A stretch of 64,000 nt of DNA. Origin: Anolis carolinensis (Eukaryota). Positions 24,715 to 49,313 of the stretch are shown one piece after another (within the stretch, counting starts at the first letter, position 1; each line of letters begins with the position of its first letter). A program made the translations under genes and the position numbers. The stretch is from positions 32,361,559-32,425,558 of the forward strand of contig NW_026943818.1 of NCBI RefSeq assembly GCF_035594765.1, given 5' to 3'. Under the pieces are notes generated by a model. The model made no database searches, was not told the DNA's origin, and worked only from the letters and a program-made list of their open reading frames with translations.

Positions 24715-25293
24715 TATCACTTCTGACACGTTAAATAAATAAGTATAACATTATATTATATTATATTATCGCTTCGGACACAATAAATGAATATATTAGT
24801 ATAATATTGTTATTATATTATATTATATTATCGCTTCGGACACAATAAATGAATATATTAGTATAATATTATTATTATATTATATTATATTATCGCTTCG
24901 GACACAATAAATGAATATATTAGTATATTATTATTATTATTATTATTATTATATTATATTATCACTTCGGACACAATAAATGAATATATTAGTATATTAT
25001 TATTATTATTATATTATTGCTTCGGACACAATAAATGAATATATTAGTATATTATTATTATTATATTATATTATTGCTTCGGACACAATAAATGAATATA
25101 TTAGTATATTATTATTATTATTATTATTATATTATATTATATTATCGCTTCGGACACAATAAATGAATATATTAGTATATTATTATTATTATATTATTGC
25201 TTCGGACACAATAAATGAATATATTAGTATATTATTATTATTATTATTATTATTATATTATCGCTTCGGACACAATAAATGAATATATTAGTA

Positions 25294-25325
<32 letters not shown>

Positions 25326-26965
25326 TATTGCTTCGGACACAATAAATGAATATATTAGTATATTATTATTATTATTATTATTATATTATATTATCGCTTC
25401 CGACCCGATAAATAAACAAATTAGTATACTATAATATTATATTATTATATTTATTATATTTATTATATTATCACGTCCGATACAATAAATAACCAAATTA
25501 GTATATTATAATATTATTATATTATATTATATTATCGCTTCCGATACGATAAATAAATTAGTATAATATATTATATTAGTATTATATTATTGCTTCTGAC
25601 ACAATAAAGAAAGAAAGAAATTAGTGTAATATATTGTATTATTGTTATATTATATTATCACTTCTGACACAATAAATAAATTAGTGTAATATATTATATT
25701 ATTATTATTATATTATAATATTGCTTCTGACACAATAAATAAATAAAGTATAATATATTATATTATTATTATATTATATTATCACTTCTGACACAATAAA
25801 GAAAGAAATTAGTGTAATATATTATTATAATATTATAATATCGCTTCTGACACAATAAAGAAAGAAATTAGTGTAATATATTATATTATTATATTATATT
25901 ATTGCTTCTGACACAATAAAGAAAGAAAGAAATTAGTGTAATATATTATATTATTATTATATTATAATATCGCTTCTGACTCAATAAAGAAATAAATAAA
26001 TTAGTGTAATTTATTATATTATTATTATATTGCTTCTGACACAATAAATAAATTAGTGTAATATATTATTATTATATTATCGCTTCTGACACAATAAATA
26101 AAGAAATTAGTGTAATATATTATTGTTATAATATGGCTTCTGACACAATAAATAAATAAATTGGTATAATATTATATTATTGCTTCTGACACAATGAATA
26201 AATAAATAAATGTAATATATTATATTATTATTATATTATAATATCGCTTCTGACACAATAAATAAAAAAATTAGTGTAATATATTATATTATTATTATAT
26301 TATATTATTGCTTCTGACACGATAAATAAATTAGTATGATATATTATATTAGTATTATATTATCGCTTCTGACACAATAAATAAATAAAGAAATTAGTGT
26401 AATATATTATATTACTATTATATTATAATATCGCTTCTGACACAATAAATAAATAAAGATATTAGTGTATTATATTATATTATTATTATATTATATTATT
26501 GCTTCTGACACGATAAATAAATTAGTATAATATATTATATTAGTATTATATTATTGCTTCTGACACAATAAAGAAATAAATAAATTAGTGTAATATATTA
26601 TATTATTATTATATTATAATATCGCTTCTGACACAATAAATAAATAAAGAAATTAGTGTAATATATCATATTATTATTATATTATATTATTGCTTCTGAC
26701 ACGATAAATAAATTAGTATAATATATTATATTAGTATTATATTATTGCTTCTGACACAATAAAGAAATAAATAAATTAGTGTAATATATTATATTGGTAT
26801 TATATTATTGCTTCTGACACAATAAAGAAATAAATAAATTAGTGTAATGTATTATATTATTGTTATATTATAATATCGCTTCTGACACAATAAATAAATA
26901 AATAAACCAGTGTAATATATTATATTATTATTATATTATATCGTTTCTGACACAATAAATAAATA
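24715..26965. repeat. AT-rich minisatellite (about 55-65 bp) in FKBP8 intron 1
   Basis: Core CGCTTC(G/T)GACACAATAAA with variable (ATT)n spacers. Confidence 0.88.
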
Positions 26966-27254
26966 AAATAGAATAATATTATATTTACTGCTCGAGTGTT
27001 GGCCGTTCGGAAACCCACTTTATTCGGCTTTATTAAAGTCTCGCTCTCCTGGCTTCTTTTCCAAGCTAACCACATAAAATAGCACATAAAATAATTGTAA
27101 AATTATCACCGCTTTGCATCTCGCCCGGCCCCATAACCACCCCGACCAAACCTGTTTCGCCGGTGGGTTAGTTAGTTGTCTTCCTTGCGGCCAGAGCTGT
27201 TTTGTGCTTTGGCGGAGGAGGCTCATCAACATACCATTAAATATATATATATTT

Positions 27255-27995
27255 TAATTGAAAAACATAGATGGGACGACTATGTCTTTTGTGGCCAAAT
27301 TTGGTGTCGTTTGGTCCAGTAGTTTTGTTGTTTACTCCAAGGTAAAAACACACATTATTGAAATTTGGACTTTATTTTTCTAGGTTTTTTGATTGAAAGA
27401 CATAGAAGGGATGACTATGTCTTTTGTGGCCGAATTTGGTGTCGTTTGGTCCAGTGGTTTTGTTGTTTACTCCATGGTAAAAACGCACATCATTGATTGA
27501 AAGACGTAGATGGGATGACTATGTCTTTTGTGGCCGAATTTGGTGTGATTGGGTCCAGTGGTTTTGTTGTTTACTCCATGGTAAAAACGCACATTATTGA
27601 AATTTGGACTTTATTTTTCTAGGGTTTTTTGATTGAAAGACGTAGATGGGATGTCGATGTTTCTTGTGGCCGAATTTGGTGTGATTTGGTCCAGTGGTTT
27701 TGTTGTTTACTCCATGGTAAAAACGGACATTATTGAAATTTGGACTTTATTTTTCTAGGTTTTTTGATTGAAAGAGGTAGATGGGATGTCGATGTTTTTT
27801 GTGGCCAAGTTTGGTGTGGTTTGGTCCACTGGTTTTATTGTTTACTCCATGGTAAAAACGGACATTATTGAAATTTGGACTTTATTTTTCTAGGTTTTTT
27901 TATTGAAAGACGTAGATGGGATGTCGATGTCTTTTGTGGCCAAATTTGGTGTCGTTTGGTCCAGTGGTTTTGTTGTTTACCCCATGGGAAAAACA
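27255..27995. repeat. About 130-bp tandem repeat, probably DNA-transposon derived
   Basis: GTGGCC(A/G)AATTTGGTGT...TTTACTCCATGGTAAAAAC, about 6 copies. Confidence 0.75.
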
Positions 27996-28034
27996 CCCAT
28001 TACATATATTAGATTTTCATTACATATATATACA

Positions 28035-28534
28035 CTAGCTGTGCCCAGCCACGCGTTGCTGTGGCGAAGTCTGGTGGTATGGCAAATAAAGTATTGAGGA
28101 ATTGGTGGTAGTTAAAGGTCAAGGGTAAAGGTGTGGAGTCCAGATAATCCAGTTAAAGCAGATAATATAAGATTATATGGGTTATATAGCTGTGTGGAAG
28201 GGCCTTGAGTCTACACTGCCATCTAATCGAGTTAAAATCTGATAATCTGTATTTTATAGGCAGTGTGGAAGAGGCCTAAGTGAGGCCTAACTCTGCCTGT
28301 CCCCTGAGCTGAGTGGGTTGTTAGGAGACCAAGCTTAGCCTTCTAACTGGCAGCAATTGGATAAAAACAATTATTCATCTCCCTCTAATTTGGACTTTAT
28401 TTTTCTTTTCTTTTTCTTGTATCAACCTAGAGGCGTGGATGAGGGGTCATGTTGTCAATTTTCGAGGTTGTGGGGTGTTTAGTTTTGTTGTTTTGGCGGT
28501 CGCCAGGATTCCATCACTCTTTTATATATATAGA
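28035..28534 (-). mobile_element. Non-autonomous Helitron
   Basis: Reverse complement of the 4329-5055 ends (CTAGCTGTGCCCAGCCACGCGTTGCTGTGGC...TTTTATATATATAGA). Confidence 0.8.
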
Positions 28535-29037
28535 TTAGGAAAAAATGTTTCAATTCTCGTTTCTGAAGTAGGGGGCGCTGGCGCTTTGATATAGAAAGTA
28601 TTTCCGATTTTTTCACCCAAAAATTTCGGATATTTCCGAAAATTCGTAATGATTCTAAATGTTTCTAAAATGGGGGACGCGCATGCGCAATCCCCCCCCC
28701 CAAAAAAAAGGAACCCAAGGGGGGGGGGACTTTTACAGGGCTCTCCCGCCCTCATTTCTTGAGCTATCCTCATCAAATTTGCAAATAAGCTCCCATTCAA
28801 GGTAGGTTGCAGAAACAAAATGATTTTAAAAATATTTTTTAAAATATATTTTTTAAAATTTGGGGGGGAGGAAAAATTAACGAAACATTAAGAGACAATT
28901 AGAAAATGGGCCAATAATGGTTTGAAATACATTGCTGGTTGCGCTGTGAGACAATGTCTCGGAATGCGTCTCAAAAAGCGAGAACAATCCGAAATAATTC
29001 CGATATACGATTCAAAACGATTTTTTGGACATGTCTA
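28535..29037. mobile_element. hAT-like element, left end missing
   Basis: Same sequence family as 6480-6756; ends GGACATGTCTA, 23 nt before FKBP8 exon 2. Confidence 0.7.
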
Positions 29038-29073
29038 ATATATACATGTATCACTCACAGCTCGGCCGGTGCC

Positions 29074-40388
<11,315 letters not shown>

Positions 40389-40779
40389 GAGGCGGCGGGG
40401 TGGCCCTCCTTCCTCTTCCTCTCCCCGCTTCCCACCCCGTTCCGCTCGGCTTGGGACAACCGGTACGCGATTTCGGACCGCGGGGCGGGATTCGGAGGCG
40501 GGGGGCGGGGACACCGGCACAGTGTTGTTTCCCGACCCGCCCACCCCACGTCGAAGCGGCGGAGACCCGGAACCGTGGACGTTTCACACCTCTTCCTCTC
40601 ACCTTTCTGCTTTCCCTCCTTCCGACTCTCTCTGAGGAAGGAACGACAATATGGGAGCCAAAGCGAGGGACGTAGTGCCGAAATATCGTCCCGCTCGGCC
40701 TCGATATCGCTCCCCAGGTCACTCGTACGAGTCTATAAACCCCATAGGAGTTGACCTACAGGGATCGGGGAACCCTTGG

Positions 40780-40785
40780 AATAAA
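40780..40785 (+). terminator. FKBP8 polyadenylation signal
   Basis: AATAAA about 390 nt after the stop codon. Confidence 0.65.
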
Positions 40786-40794
40786 GCCACGTCC

Positions 40795-41840
40795 AAGTCA
40801 AGGATAATGTCACCCTAGATTTTCTGTTCTGCCTCCACCACGGACACCCCAGTGTTATAGCGAGCGATGTAAACATGTCCAAGAGCCCTGCCAATGTCAT
40901 CCACAAACACCACACTGTCCACCACCCATCCAGACAGGGATAATTTCACCCTAGATTTTCTGTTCTGCCTCCACCACGGACACCCCAGTGTTATAATGTC
41001 CAAGAGCCTTGCCAGCGTCCTCCACGAACACCATCGTCCCCACCACCCAAGTCAAGGCTTTCATACGAGGGTAATGTTATAGCGAGCAATGTAAACATGT
41101 CCAAGAGCCCTGCCAATGTCGTCCACAAACACCACACTGTCCACCACCCATCCAGACAGGGATAATTTCACCCTAGATGTTCTGTTCTGCCTCCACCACA
41201 GACACCCCAGTGTTATAGCGAGTGATGTAAACATGTCCAAGAGCCCTGCCAATGTTGTCCACAAACACCACACTGTCCACCACCCATCCAGACAGGGACA
41301 ATTTCACCCTAGATGTTCTGTTTGTCCTCCACCACGGACACCCCAGTGTTATAATATCCAAGAGCCTTGCCAGCGTCCTCCGCAAACACCATCGTCCCCA
41401 CCACCCAAGTCAAGGCTTTCATACGAGGGTAATGTCACCCTAGATGTTCTGTTTTTCCTCCACCACGGACACCCCAATGTTAGTGGGAGCGATGTAAACA
41501 TGTCCAAGAGCCCTGCCAATGTCCTCCACAAACACTATCCTGCCCACCACCCAAGTGAGGACAATTTCCTCCTAGATTTTCTGTGTTTCCTCCACCACGG
41601 ACACCCCAGTGTTATAATGTCCGAATGCCTTGCCAACGTCCTCCACGAACACCATCGTCCCCACCACCCAAGTCAAGGCTTTCATACGCGGATAATGTCA
41701 CCCTACATGTTCTGTTTGTCCTCCACCACAGACACCCCAGTGTTGTAGCGAGCAATGTAAGAGATCCTTGCCAATGTCCTCTACAAACGGCATCGTCGCC
41801 ACCACCCAAGTGAAGGACAATTTCATCCTAGATGTTCTGG
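40795..41840. repeat. Composite tandem repeat (about 120-135 bp units)
   Basis: Core CCTCCACCACGGACACCCCAGTGTT, about 8 copies. Confidence 0.85.
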
Positions 41841-42059
41841 TGTGATGAGAATGAAATAGAAAGTAAAGTAAAAAAAGTTCCCGCATGGGAAGCTGGAGCT
41901 GACAGACGGGAGCTCACCCCGCTCCCGGGCCATGAAAGCTTTCGACAAGACATTCCTCAATAGTCTGTGCCCACTACTATTGCCTCATTACTGTAGAGTC
42001 TATGCTTCATTTCTTTACTTTATATTGTGTAGTTAAGCCCAGCGAAAAAGACCTAGTTC

Positions 42060-42695
42060 CAACCCAAAACAAGCCAAAACAAGACCCCAAACAACCCAAA
42101 ACAAGACCCAAAACAAGACCCGAAAACAAGCCAAAATAAGACCCAAAGCAAGACATAAAAACAAGACCCAAAACAACCCAAAACAAGCCCTAAAAACAAG
42201 ACCCCAAAACAAGACCCAAAACAACCCAAAACAAGACCCAAAACAACCCAAAACAAGACCCCAAACAACCCAAAACAAGACCTAAAAACAAGACCTAAAA
42301 ACAAGACCCAAAACAAGACCCAAAACAACCCAAAACAAGACCCCAAAACAAGACCCAAAACAACCCAAAACAAGACCCCAAAACAAGACCCAAAACAACC
42401 CAAAACAAGACCTAAAAACAAGACCCAAAACAACCCAAAACAAGACCCAAAACAACCCAAAACAAGATGTCAAAACAAGACCTAAAACAAGACCCCAAAA
42501 CACCCTAAAACAAGACCCAAAATGAGACCCCAAAACAACCCAAAACAACCCAAAACAAGACATAAAAACAAGACCCAAAACAAGCCCTAAAAACCTCCCA
42601 AAACAAGACCCAAAACAACCCAAAACAAGCCCTAAAAACAAGACCCAAAACATCCCAAAACAAGAACCCAAAACAACCCAAAACAAGACCCAAAA
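42060..42695 (-). repeat. (AAAACAAGACCC / AAAACAACCC)n low-complexity repeat
   Basis: Reverse complement of 30625-30945. Confidence 0.88.
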
Positions 42696-42715
42696 GCGAC
42701 CTGAAGTTCAAAGCA

Positions 42716-42721
42716 TTTATT
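42716..42721 (-). terminator. Polyadenylation signal of the small HSP gene
   Basis: AATAAA on - strand about 400 nt after the stop codon. Confidence 0.6.
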
Positions 42722-43117
42722 CATCAATAACCAATTCATCAATAGTTGGCATTACACGTGCTTGTGTCGTACTACAATCCGTATCAATACCACCATGTGT
42801 CATGTGGATAGTTAAATCCAAACTTGGATCAAGATCAGGATCGAGTTCGGGAATATCCGATGAATATCCGAAGTTCATTGAGAGCAAGAAGCGGGATACG
42901 ACCGAGTCGAAGTTCTTTCTTATCTATTTAGTCCAGCCACTCGGTGTACTCAGTTGTCTCTCCCAAACTCAGGTCAAGATCGGGATCGAGTTCGGGAATA
43001 TCCGATGAATATCTGAAGTTCGTTGAGAGCGAGAAACGGGATACGACCGAGTCGAAGTTCTTTCTTATCTATTTACTCCAGTTGTAAATACTCAGTTGTC
43101 TCCAAGTCCGTTCTCTC

Positions 43118-43684
43118 CTAACCTTGTGCCCGGCTGTTTTCCCCGGCTTCGGGTTCCGGTTCCGGTCCGGCGGGGTTTTCCGCCCGCCGGACTTCGATCG
43201 GGACGGTCCGTGGCGCCGGTTCTGATGCAGGGCCTTCAATGCGCAGCTTCCCTTCGCTGGAGATGGAGCAGCTCAAGCGCTCGCGGTCGACGCTCTCCGG
43301 CACGTCCCACTCCCTCCGGAAGACCTCGTAGCGGAACGGCCCGTCCGGCGTGCGGGTGGCCTTCTTCCCGGTGAGGACGATCTTCTCCCCACAGAGCTTG
43401 ACCACCAACTCCTCCGGGTCGAACCCGGTCATGTCTTGGGTCACGGCGAACGGGGCCGTGGCGTCCGAACTGTGCTTTGTTTCTCGTCGGATACTCGTGC
43501 TCGTCGTCGTTGTAGCCGTGGGTCTCCAGTTGCCGGTCAAGAGGTCCCACATCGCGTCCATCTCTCGTTCCATGTTTTCAAAGAGTGAGCCGGCTCTCGG
43601 CCATAAGATCTGACTCCGGAGAGGAGTCCGGAGACTCCGGAGAGGACTCCGAGAGGGACCGGAGAGGTGGAGTCGGCACAGCAT
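43118..43684 (-). CDS. Intronless small heat-shock protein, HSP30/HSP25/HSPB9-like (alpha-crystallin domain), 188 aa
   Basis: N-terminus MLCRLHL...LWP..SLFENMEREM resembles avian HSP25/HSP30-type proteins; ACD FAVTQDMTGFDPEELVVKL...FRREWDVPESVDRERLSCSISSEGKLRIEGP; C-terminal IXI-type VPI; TATA box and polyA signal flank it. Confidence 0.9.
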   Translation of the reverse strand: MLCRLHLSGPSRSPLRSLRTPLRSQILWPRAGSLFENMEREMDAMWDLLTGNWRPTATTTTSTSIRRETKHSSDATAPFAVTQDMTGFDPEELVVKLCGEKIVLTGKKATRTPDGPFRYEVFRREWDVPESVDRERLSCSISSEGKLRIEGPASEPAPRTVPIEVRRAENPAGPEPEPEAGENSRAQG

Positions 43685-43745
43685 CGTTGTTGCGGAAGAT
43701 TCAGATTCTTCGTAATGTTCTGCCTCTCTCTTGGAGCCGCTTGGC

Positions 43746-43753
43746 TTTTTATA
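43746..43753 (-). promoter_or_regulatory. TATA box of the small HSP gene
   Basis: TATAAAAA on - strand, about 62 nt upstream of the ATG. Confidence 0.75.
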
Positions 43754-43759
43754 CCAAAG

Positions 43760-44585
43760 CCCGCGAGGAAATTGAGTATTTCGGGAACGTCATTCAGCCC
43801 GAAAGGCATCTCCGTGTTTACGTATTCGCCTAAATCGGAACCGGGAACGTTATTCAGCCCGAAAGGCATCTCCGTGTTTACGTATTCGCCTAAATCGGAA
43901 CCGTGAAACAGACACCCAACACGTTTCATCAGATTTATATATAGCCATGCTTCGGATATAGAAGCTGAGGTGACCTGATATCTGCGGGAAATCATCTCTC
44001 CCAACTCCGTGACCGACTCGTTGTCTTGTTAAATGTGCGACAGACACTCAGCACATTCCGTCAGATTTATATATAGCCATGCTTCGGATATAGAAGCTGA
44101 GGTGACCCGATATCCGCGATAAGTCATTTCTCCTAATTCTGTGACCGACTTGTCGTTGTCTTGTTAATTCTGGGGAAAACACATGAGGAAATGCCGTATT
44201 TCGGGAACATCATTCAGCCCGAAAGGCATCTCCGTGTTTACGTACGCGCCTAAATCGGCACCGTGCGACAGATACTCAGCACGTTTCATCAGATTTATAT
44301 CTAGCCATGCTTTGGATATAGAAGCTGAGGTGACCCGATATCCACGATAAGTCATCTCTCCTAACTCTGTGACCGACTCGTCGTTGTCTTGTTAATTCTG
44401 GGGAAAACACATGAGGAAATGGAGTATTTCGGGGACGTCATTCAGCTTGAAAGGCATCTCCGTGTTTACTCACTCGCCGTGCGACAGACACCCAGGTTTA
44501 TATATAGCCAGGCTTCGGATATAGAAGCTGAGGTGACTCGATATCCGCGACAAGCCATCTCTCCTGACTCATCGTTGTCTCGTTC
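43760..44585. repeat. Duplicated upstream blocks of the HSP promoter
   Basis: 60-bp duplication 43783-43902; recurring TTTCGGGAAC..CATTCAGCCCGAAAGGCATC and AGATTTATATATAGCC..CTTCGGATATAGAAGCTGAGGTGAC blocks. Confidence 0.8.
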
Positions 44586-44694
44586 GTTCCGGTAACTGTC
44601 AGAGGTATGTATATATGGAGTATAAATACACACAAGTCCGTATCCAAAGGGGTGGTTGAGGGGGTTCAAACCACCCCCAGAATCCTTCAGGCCA

Positions 44695-45390
44695 AAACCT
44701 CTGGAAGCACTCTCTCCTGACGTTTCGCCCACATCTACGCCAGGCATCCTAACAATTTCTCCCGATATTTCAGGCAGGTTTATTATTAGGTTGCTTGGAG
44801 TCCTCTGGGTTATCTGGCCGTGCTCTGAGAGCACTCTCTCCTGACGTTTTGTCCACATCTACGGCAGGGATCCTAACAATTTCTCCCGATATTTCGGGCA
44901 GATTTATTACTGGGTTGCTGGGAGTCCTCTGGGTTATCTGGCCATGCTCCAGAAGCACTCTCTCCTGACGTTTTGCCCACACCTACGTCAGGGATCCTAA
45001 CAATTTATCCCGATATTTCGGGCAGATTTATTATCGGGTTGCTGGGAGTCGTCTGGGCTATCTGGCCGTGCTCCTGAAGCACTCTCTCCTGACGTTTCGC
45101 CAACATCTATGGCAGGGATCCTAACAGTTTCTCCTGATATTTCGGGCAGATTTATTATCGGGTTGCTGGGAGTTCTCTGGGGCTATCTGGCCCTGCTCCG
45201 GAAGCACTCTCTCCTGACATTTCGCCCACATCTATGTCAGGGATCCTAACAATTTCTCCCGCTATTTCGGGCAGATTTATTATCGGGTTGCTGGGAGTTC
45301 TCTGGGGCTATCTGGCCGTGCCCCGGAAGCACTCTCTCCTGACGTTTCACCCCCAGGGATCCTCAGAGGTTGAGGGGTCCGTCGGAAACT
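44695..45390 (-). repeat. 124-bp tandem array derived from a Penelope-like terminus (about 6 copies)
   Basis: CACTCTCTCCTGACG recurs at about 44708, 44832, 44956, 45080, 45205, 45330. Confidence 0.8.
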
Positions 45391-46520
45391 ACGTATACGT
45401 GAGGTTAATTGAGACGAATGACCTCCGTCAGTCTCAATCCCTCTCCCAACAAATCTGTCATTGGCTCAGGAACAAAATTCAGACTTCTCGTTTTTAGCTG
45501 TAACCAGCGGCTTGAACTTTATTGCAAGATATGTACATCTTATATACAGCAGTTCTCCGTCCAACTCCTTTAAATGTCATTTCACATTCTAGTCTTAACT
45601 CAAACTCTAAAATTTCATACTACATCAACAGTTTACTCGTGAACTTGAGAAGTTCAGACTTCTCGGTTTTCAGCTGTAAACAGCGGCTTGAACTTTATGG
45701 CAGGATATGTACATCTTATATACACAACATGCCGGACAACAGCAGTTCTCCGTCCGACTCCTTCAAACATCGTTTCACATTCTAGTCTTAACTCAAACTC
45801 TACAATTTCATACTACGAGTTTACTCGTGAATTTTAACAGAGCCAAGTTTACGAGAAGCAAAAAATTGAGTTTCTCCGGAACGCTCTCAACCAGATTTGG
45901 ATGATTCACACTATCATTACCTACCTTTCTACCCTGGCCCGAAAATTCCTGGACTGCCCGAAAATAGTTTATTTTTACAAGCAGATTGAAATGACTCACG
46001 CTCCGTCATGTCAACAACCTATTTCGGGACCTCTGAAATGCCTTGGCGTGTTCACCCACACGCTTAGAAATACCCCACCCGTGATGACACCGAGGGCATC
46101 TCGTCTGACTTCACGCCTTCCAAAAAATGCCCGTCAATTTCAAAGTCAGCGGGTTAGACGGGATGAGAGTTTCTGGGGGGGTCAACCTGGCATGATGGGA
46201 GTTGTAGTTCATCTCTGAGGATGCCTGTCATAGATGTGGGCGAAATGTCAGGAGAGAGTGCTTCTAGGGCATGGCCTAGACAGCCCGGAAAACTCGCAGG
46301 GACCCAATAATAAATCTGCCCGAAATATTCTCAACAAGTGGATTCGCCTCTGAGGATTCCTGCCACGGATGTGGGTGAAATGTCAGGAGAGAGTGCTTCT
46401 GGAGCCCGGAAAATTCACAACAATCCAGTGGATTCATTGCTTTGCCACTAGAGGGCGACCTTCGACCACAGAAGGGCCATTGGAGGCATTTTTATTTTTT
46501 TAAATATTATTATTATAATA

Positions 46521-46539
<19 letters not shown>

Positions 46540-46551
<12 letters not shown>

Positions 46552-46608
46552 TGGAAGGAATCCCAGACCTGACTCGTAGGACTCAAACCCAATAAGCTGG
46601 GACCAAAC

Positions 46609-46650
<42 letters not shown>

Positions 46651-46841
46651 GTTATTAATAGTAATAGTTATTATGATTATTATTTGGAAGGGATCCCAGA
46701 CCAGACTCATCAGACTCAAACCCAATACGCTGGGACCAAACCATTATTATTATTATTATTATTATTATTACTGTATTATTATTTGGAAGGAAGCCCAGAC
46801 CAGGGGGGTGGGCAGAGCCAAAATACAGTTGGTACCAAACA

Positions 46842-46892
<51 letters not shown>

Positions 46893-47386
46893 TGGAAGGA
46901 ATCCCATATCAGAGGGGTGGGCGGAGCCAAAATACAGTTGGGACCAAACAATTATTATTATTATTATATAGTTGTTATTATTATTATTTGGAAGGAATCC
47001 CATACCAGAGGGGTGGGCGGAGCCAAAAGACAGTTGGGACCATTATATAGTTATTATTATTATTATTGTTATTATTATTATTATATAGTTATTATTATTA
47101 TTATTATTATTTGGAAAGGAATCCCATACCAGAGGGGTGGGTGGAGCCAAAATACAGTTGGGACCAAACAATTATTATTATTATTATATAGTTGTTATTA
47201 TTATTTGGAAGGAATCCCATACCAGAGGGGTGGGCGGAGCCAAAAGACAGTTGGGACCATTATATAGTTATTATTATAATTATTGTTATTATTATTATTA
47301 TATAGTTATTATTATTATTATTATTATTTGGAAAGGAATCCCTTACTAGAGGGGTGGGTGGAGCCAAAATACAGTTGGGACCAAAC

Positions 47387-47428
<42 letters not shown>

Positions 47429-47697
47429 GTTATTATTGTTATATAGTTGATATTATTATTATTATTTGGAAGGAATCCTATACCAGAGGGGTGGGCGGAG
47501 CCAAAATACAGTTGGGAACAAACAATGATTATTATAATTATTATTATATAGTTATTATTATTATATACTTGATATTATTAATATTATAATTGTTATTAGG
47601 AAGGAATCCCATACCATAGGGGTGGGCGGAGCCAAAATACAGTTGGGACCAAACTATTATTATTATTATTATATAGTTATTATTATGATATAGTTGA

Positions 47698-47741
<44 letters not shown>

Positions 47742-47899
47742 GGAAGGAATCCCATACCATAGGGGTGGGCGGAGCCAAAATACAGTTGGGACCAAATTAT
47801 TATTATTATTATTATATAGTTGTTGTTATTATTATTATTATTAGGAAGGAATCCCATACCATAGGGGTGGGCGGAGCCAAAATACAGTTGGGACCAAAC

Positions 47900-47941
<42 letters not shown>

Positions 47942-48025
47942 GTTGTTGTTGTTATTATTATTATTATTAGGAAGGAATCCCATACCATAGGGGTGGGCGG
48001 AGCCAAAATACAGTTGGGACCAAAC

Positions 48026-48058
<33 letters not shown>

Positions 48059-48062
48059 GTTG

Positions 48063-48110
<48 letters not shown>

Positions 48111-48277
48111 GGAAGGAATCCCATACCATAGGGGTGGGCGGAGCCGAAATACAGTTGGGACCAAACTATTATTATTATTATTATTATTATATAGTTGTTG
48201 TTATTATTATTATTATTATTAGGAAGGAATCCCATACCATAGGGGTGGGCGGAGCCAAAATACAGTTGGGACCAAAC

Positions 48278-48316
<39 letters not shown>

Positions 48317-48390
48317 GTTGTTGTTATTATTATTATTATTAGGAAGGAATCCCATACCATAGGGGTGGGCGGAGCCAAAATACAGTTGGC
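46540..48390. repeat. Array of a 55-bp GC-box-containing unit with (TAT)n spacers
   Basis: GGAAGGAATCCCATACCATAGGGGTGGGCGGAGCCAAAATACAGTTGGGACCAAAC, about 16 copies. Confidence 0.88.
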
Positions 48391-48829
48391 CTCCGCTTGG
48401 AATTTTCCTCAGGATAAGGCCGTATAGATCCCTCCGAAAGGCAACCGAAGACAACAATAAACGCGCAGCTGTTGGAACTCTGCTCGGGACCCCACCCTTG
48501 TTGACGTCCTACTTGTATAGATCTATTAGAAAAGCAAAACTAAAGGGGAGTTGTTTCTCTTTGGGATTAGGAGGCCTTTGCAAAAACAACCTGGGCCGGG
48601 AAACGTGGTCGTGACGTGGCCGACAGTCCCTCCCTGGCGATGCCACCCCGTCCGTCCGGCACAGGAATGGGTGTTCACCGCAGCCGGGGCGAAAAAAAGC
48701 ATTGTTTTGGCCGAGAAAAGAGCAAAGCAGAACGCCGGACAATGCACCAATGTCAATCACATGCGGAGATGTCAATCACACCCAAAGGGACAAAAGCAGG
48801 TCGGCGTTGTCGCTGGCGGTGATTCATGG

Positions 48830-49256
48830 GGTCATAGGGTTGGAAGGGTGGGTGCGAAGACGCCACCAAAGCCCTCCCGACAGATGGCCAGCGAGCCCTA
48901 TATGTATATATATATATATAATTAAGATAGATAGATAACATAGATAGAGTATATCGAATACATAGAATACATAGAGTTGATAGAATAGATAGATTGACAG
49001 ACAGATAGATCAGGAAAAAGACCCCAAATTCGAGCCCATGCTGCTGGGTAAGAAGACACCACTAAAGCCCTCCCGACAGATGGCCAGCGAGCCTTATATG
49101 TATATAATTAAGATAGATAGATAACATAGATAGAGTATATCGAATACATAGAATAGATTGACAGATAGATAGATAGGGAAAAAGACCCCAAATTCAAGCC
49201 CATGCTGCTGGGTGAGAAGACACCACTAAAGCCCTCCCGACAGATGGCCAGCGAGC

Positions 49257-49313
<57 letters not shown>

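Noticed and set aside
28939-29073. N-terminal extension of FKBP8 (MRCETMSRN...)
   Set aside because: Lies in a hAT-like element upstream of the exon-2 acceptor; the same peptide appears at 6658
43690-43900. Canonical heat-shock element
   Set aside because: Only two-unit GAAnnTTC / TTCnnGAA matches found; not enough to annotate
46540-48390. CRISPR-like appearance (constant repeat with variable spacers); also 3235-4220 and 37185-38045
   Set aside because: Spacers are simple microsatellites, the context is a spliced vertebrate locus, and there are no cas genes
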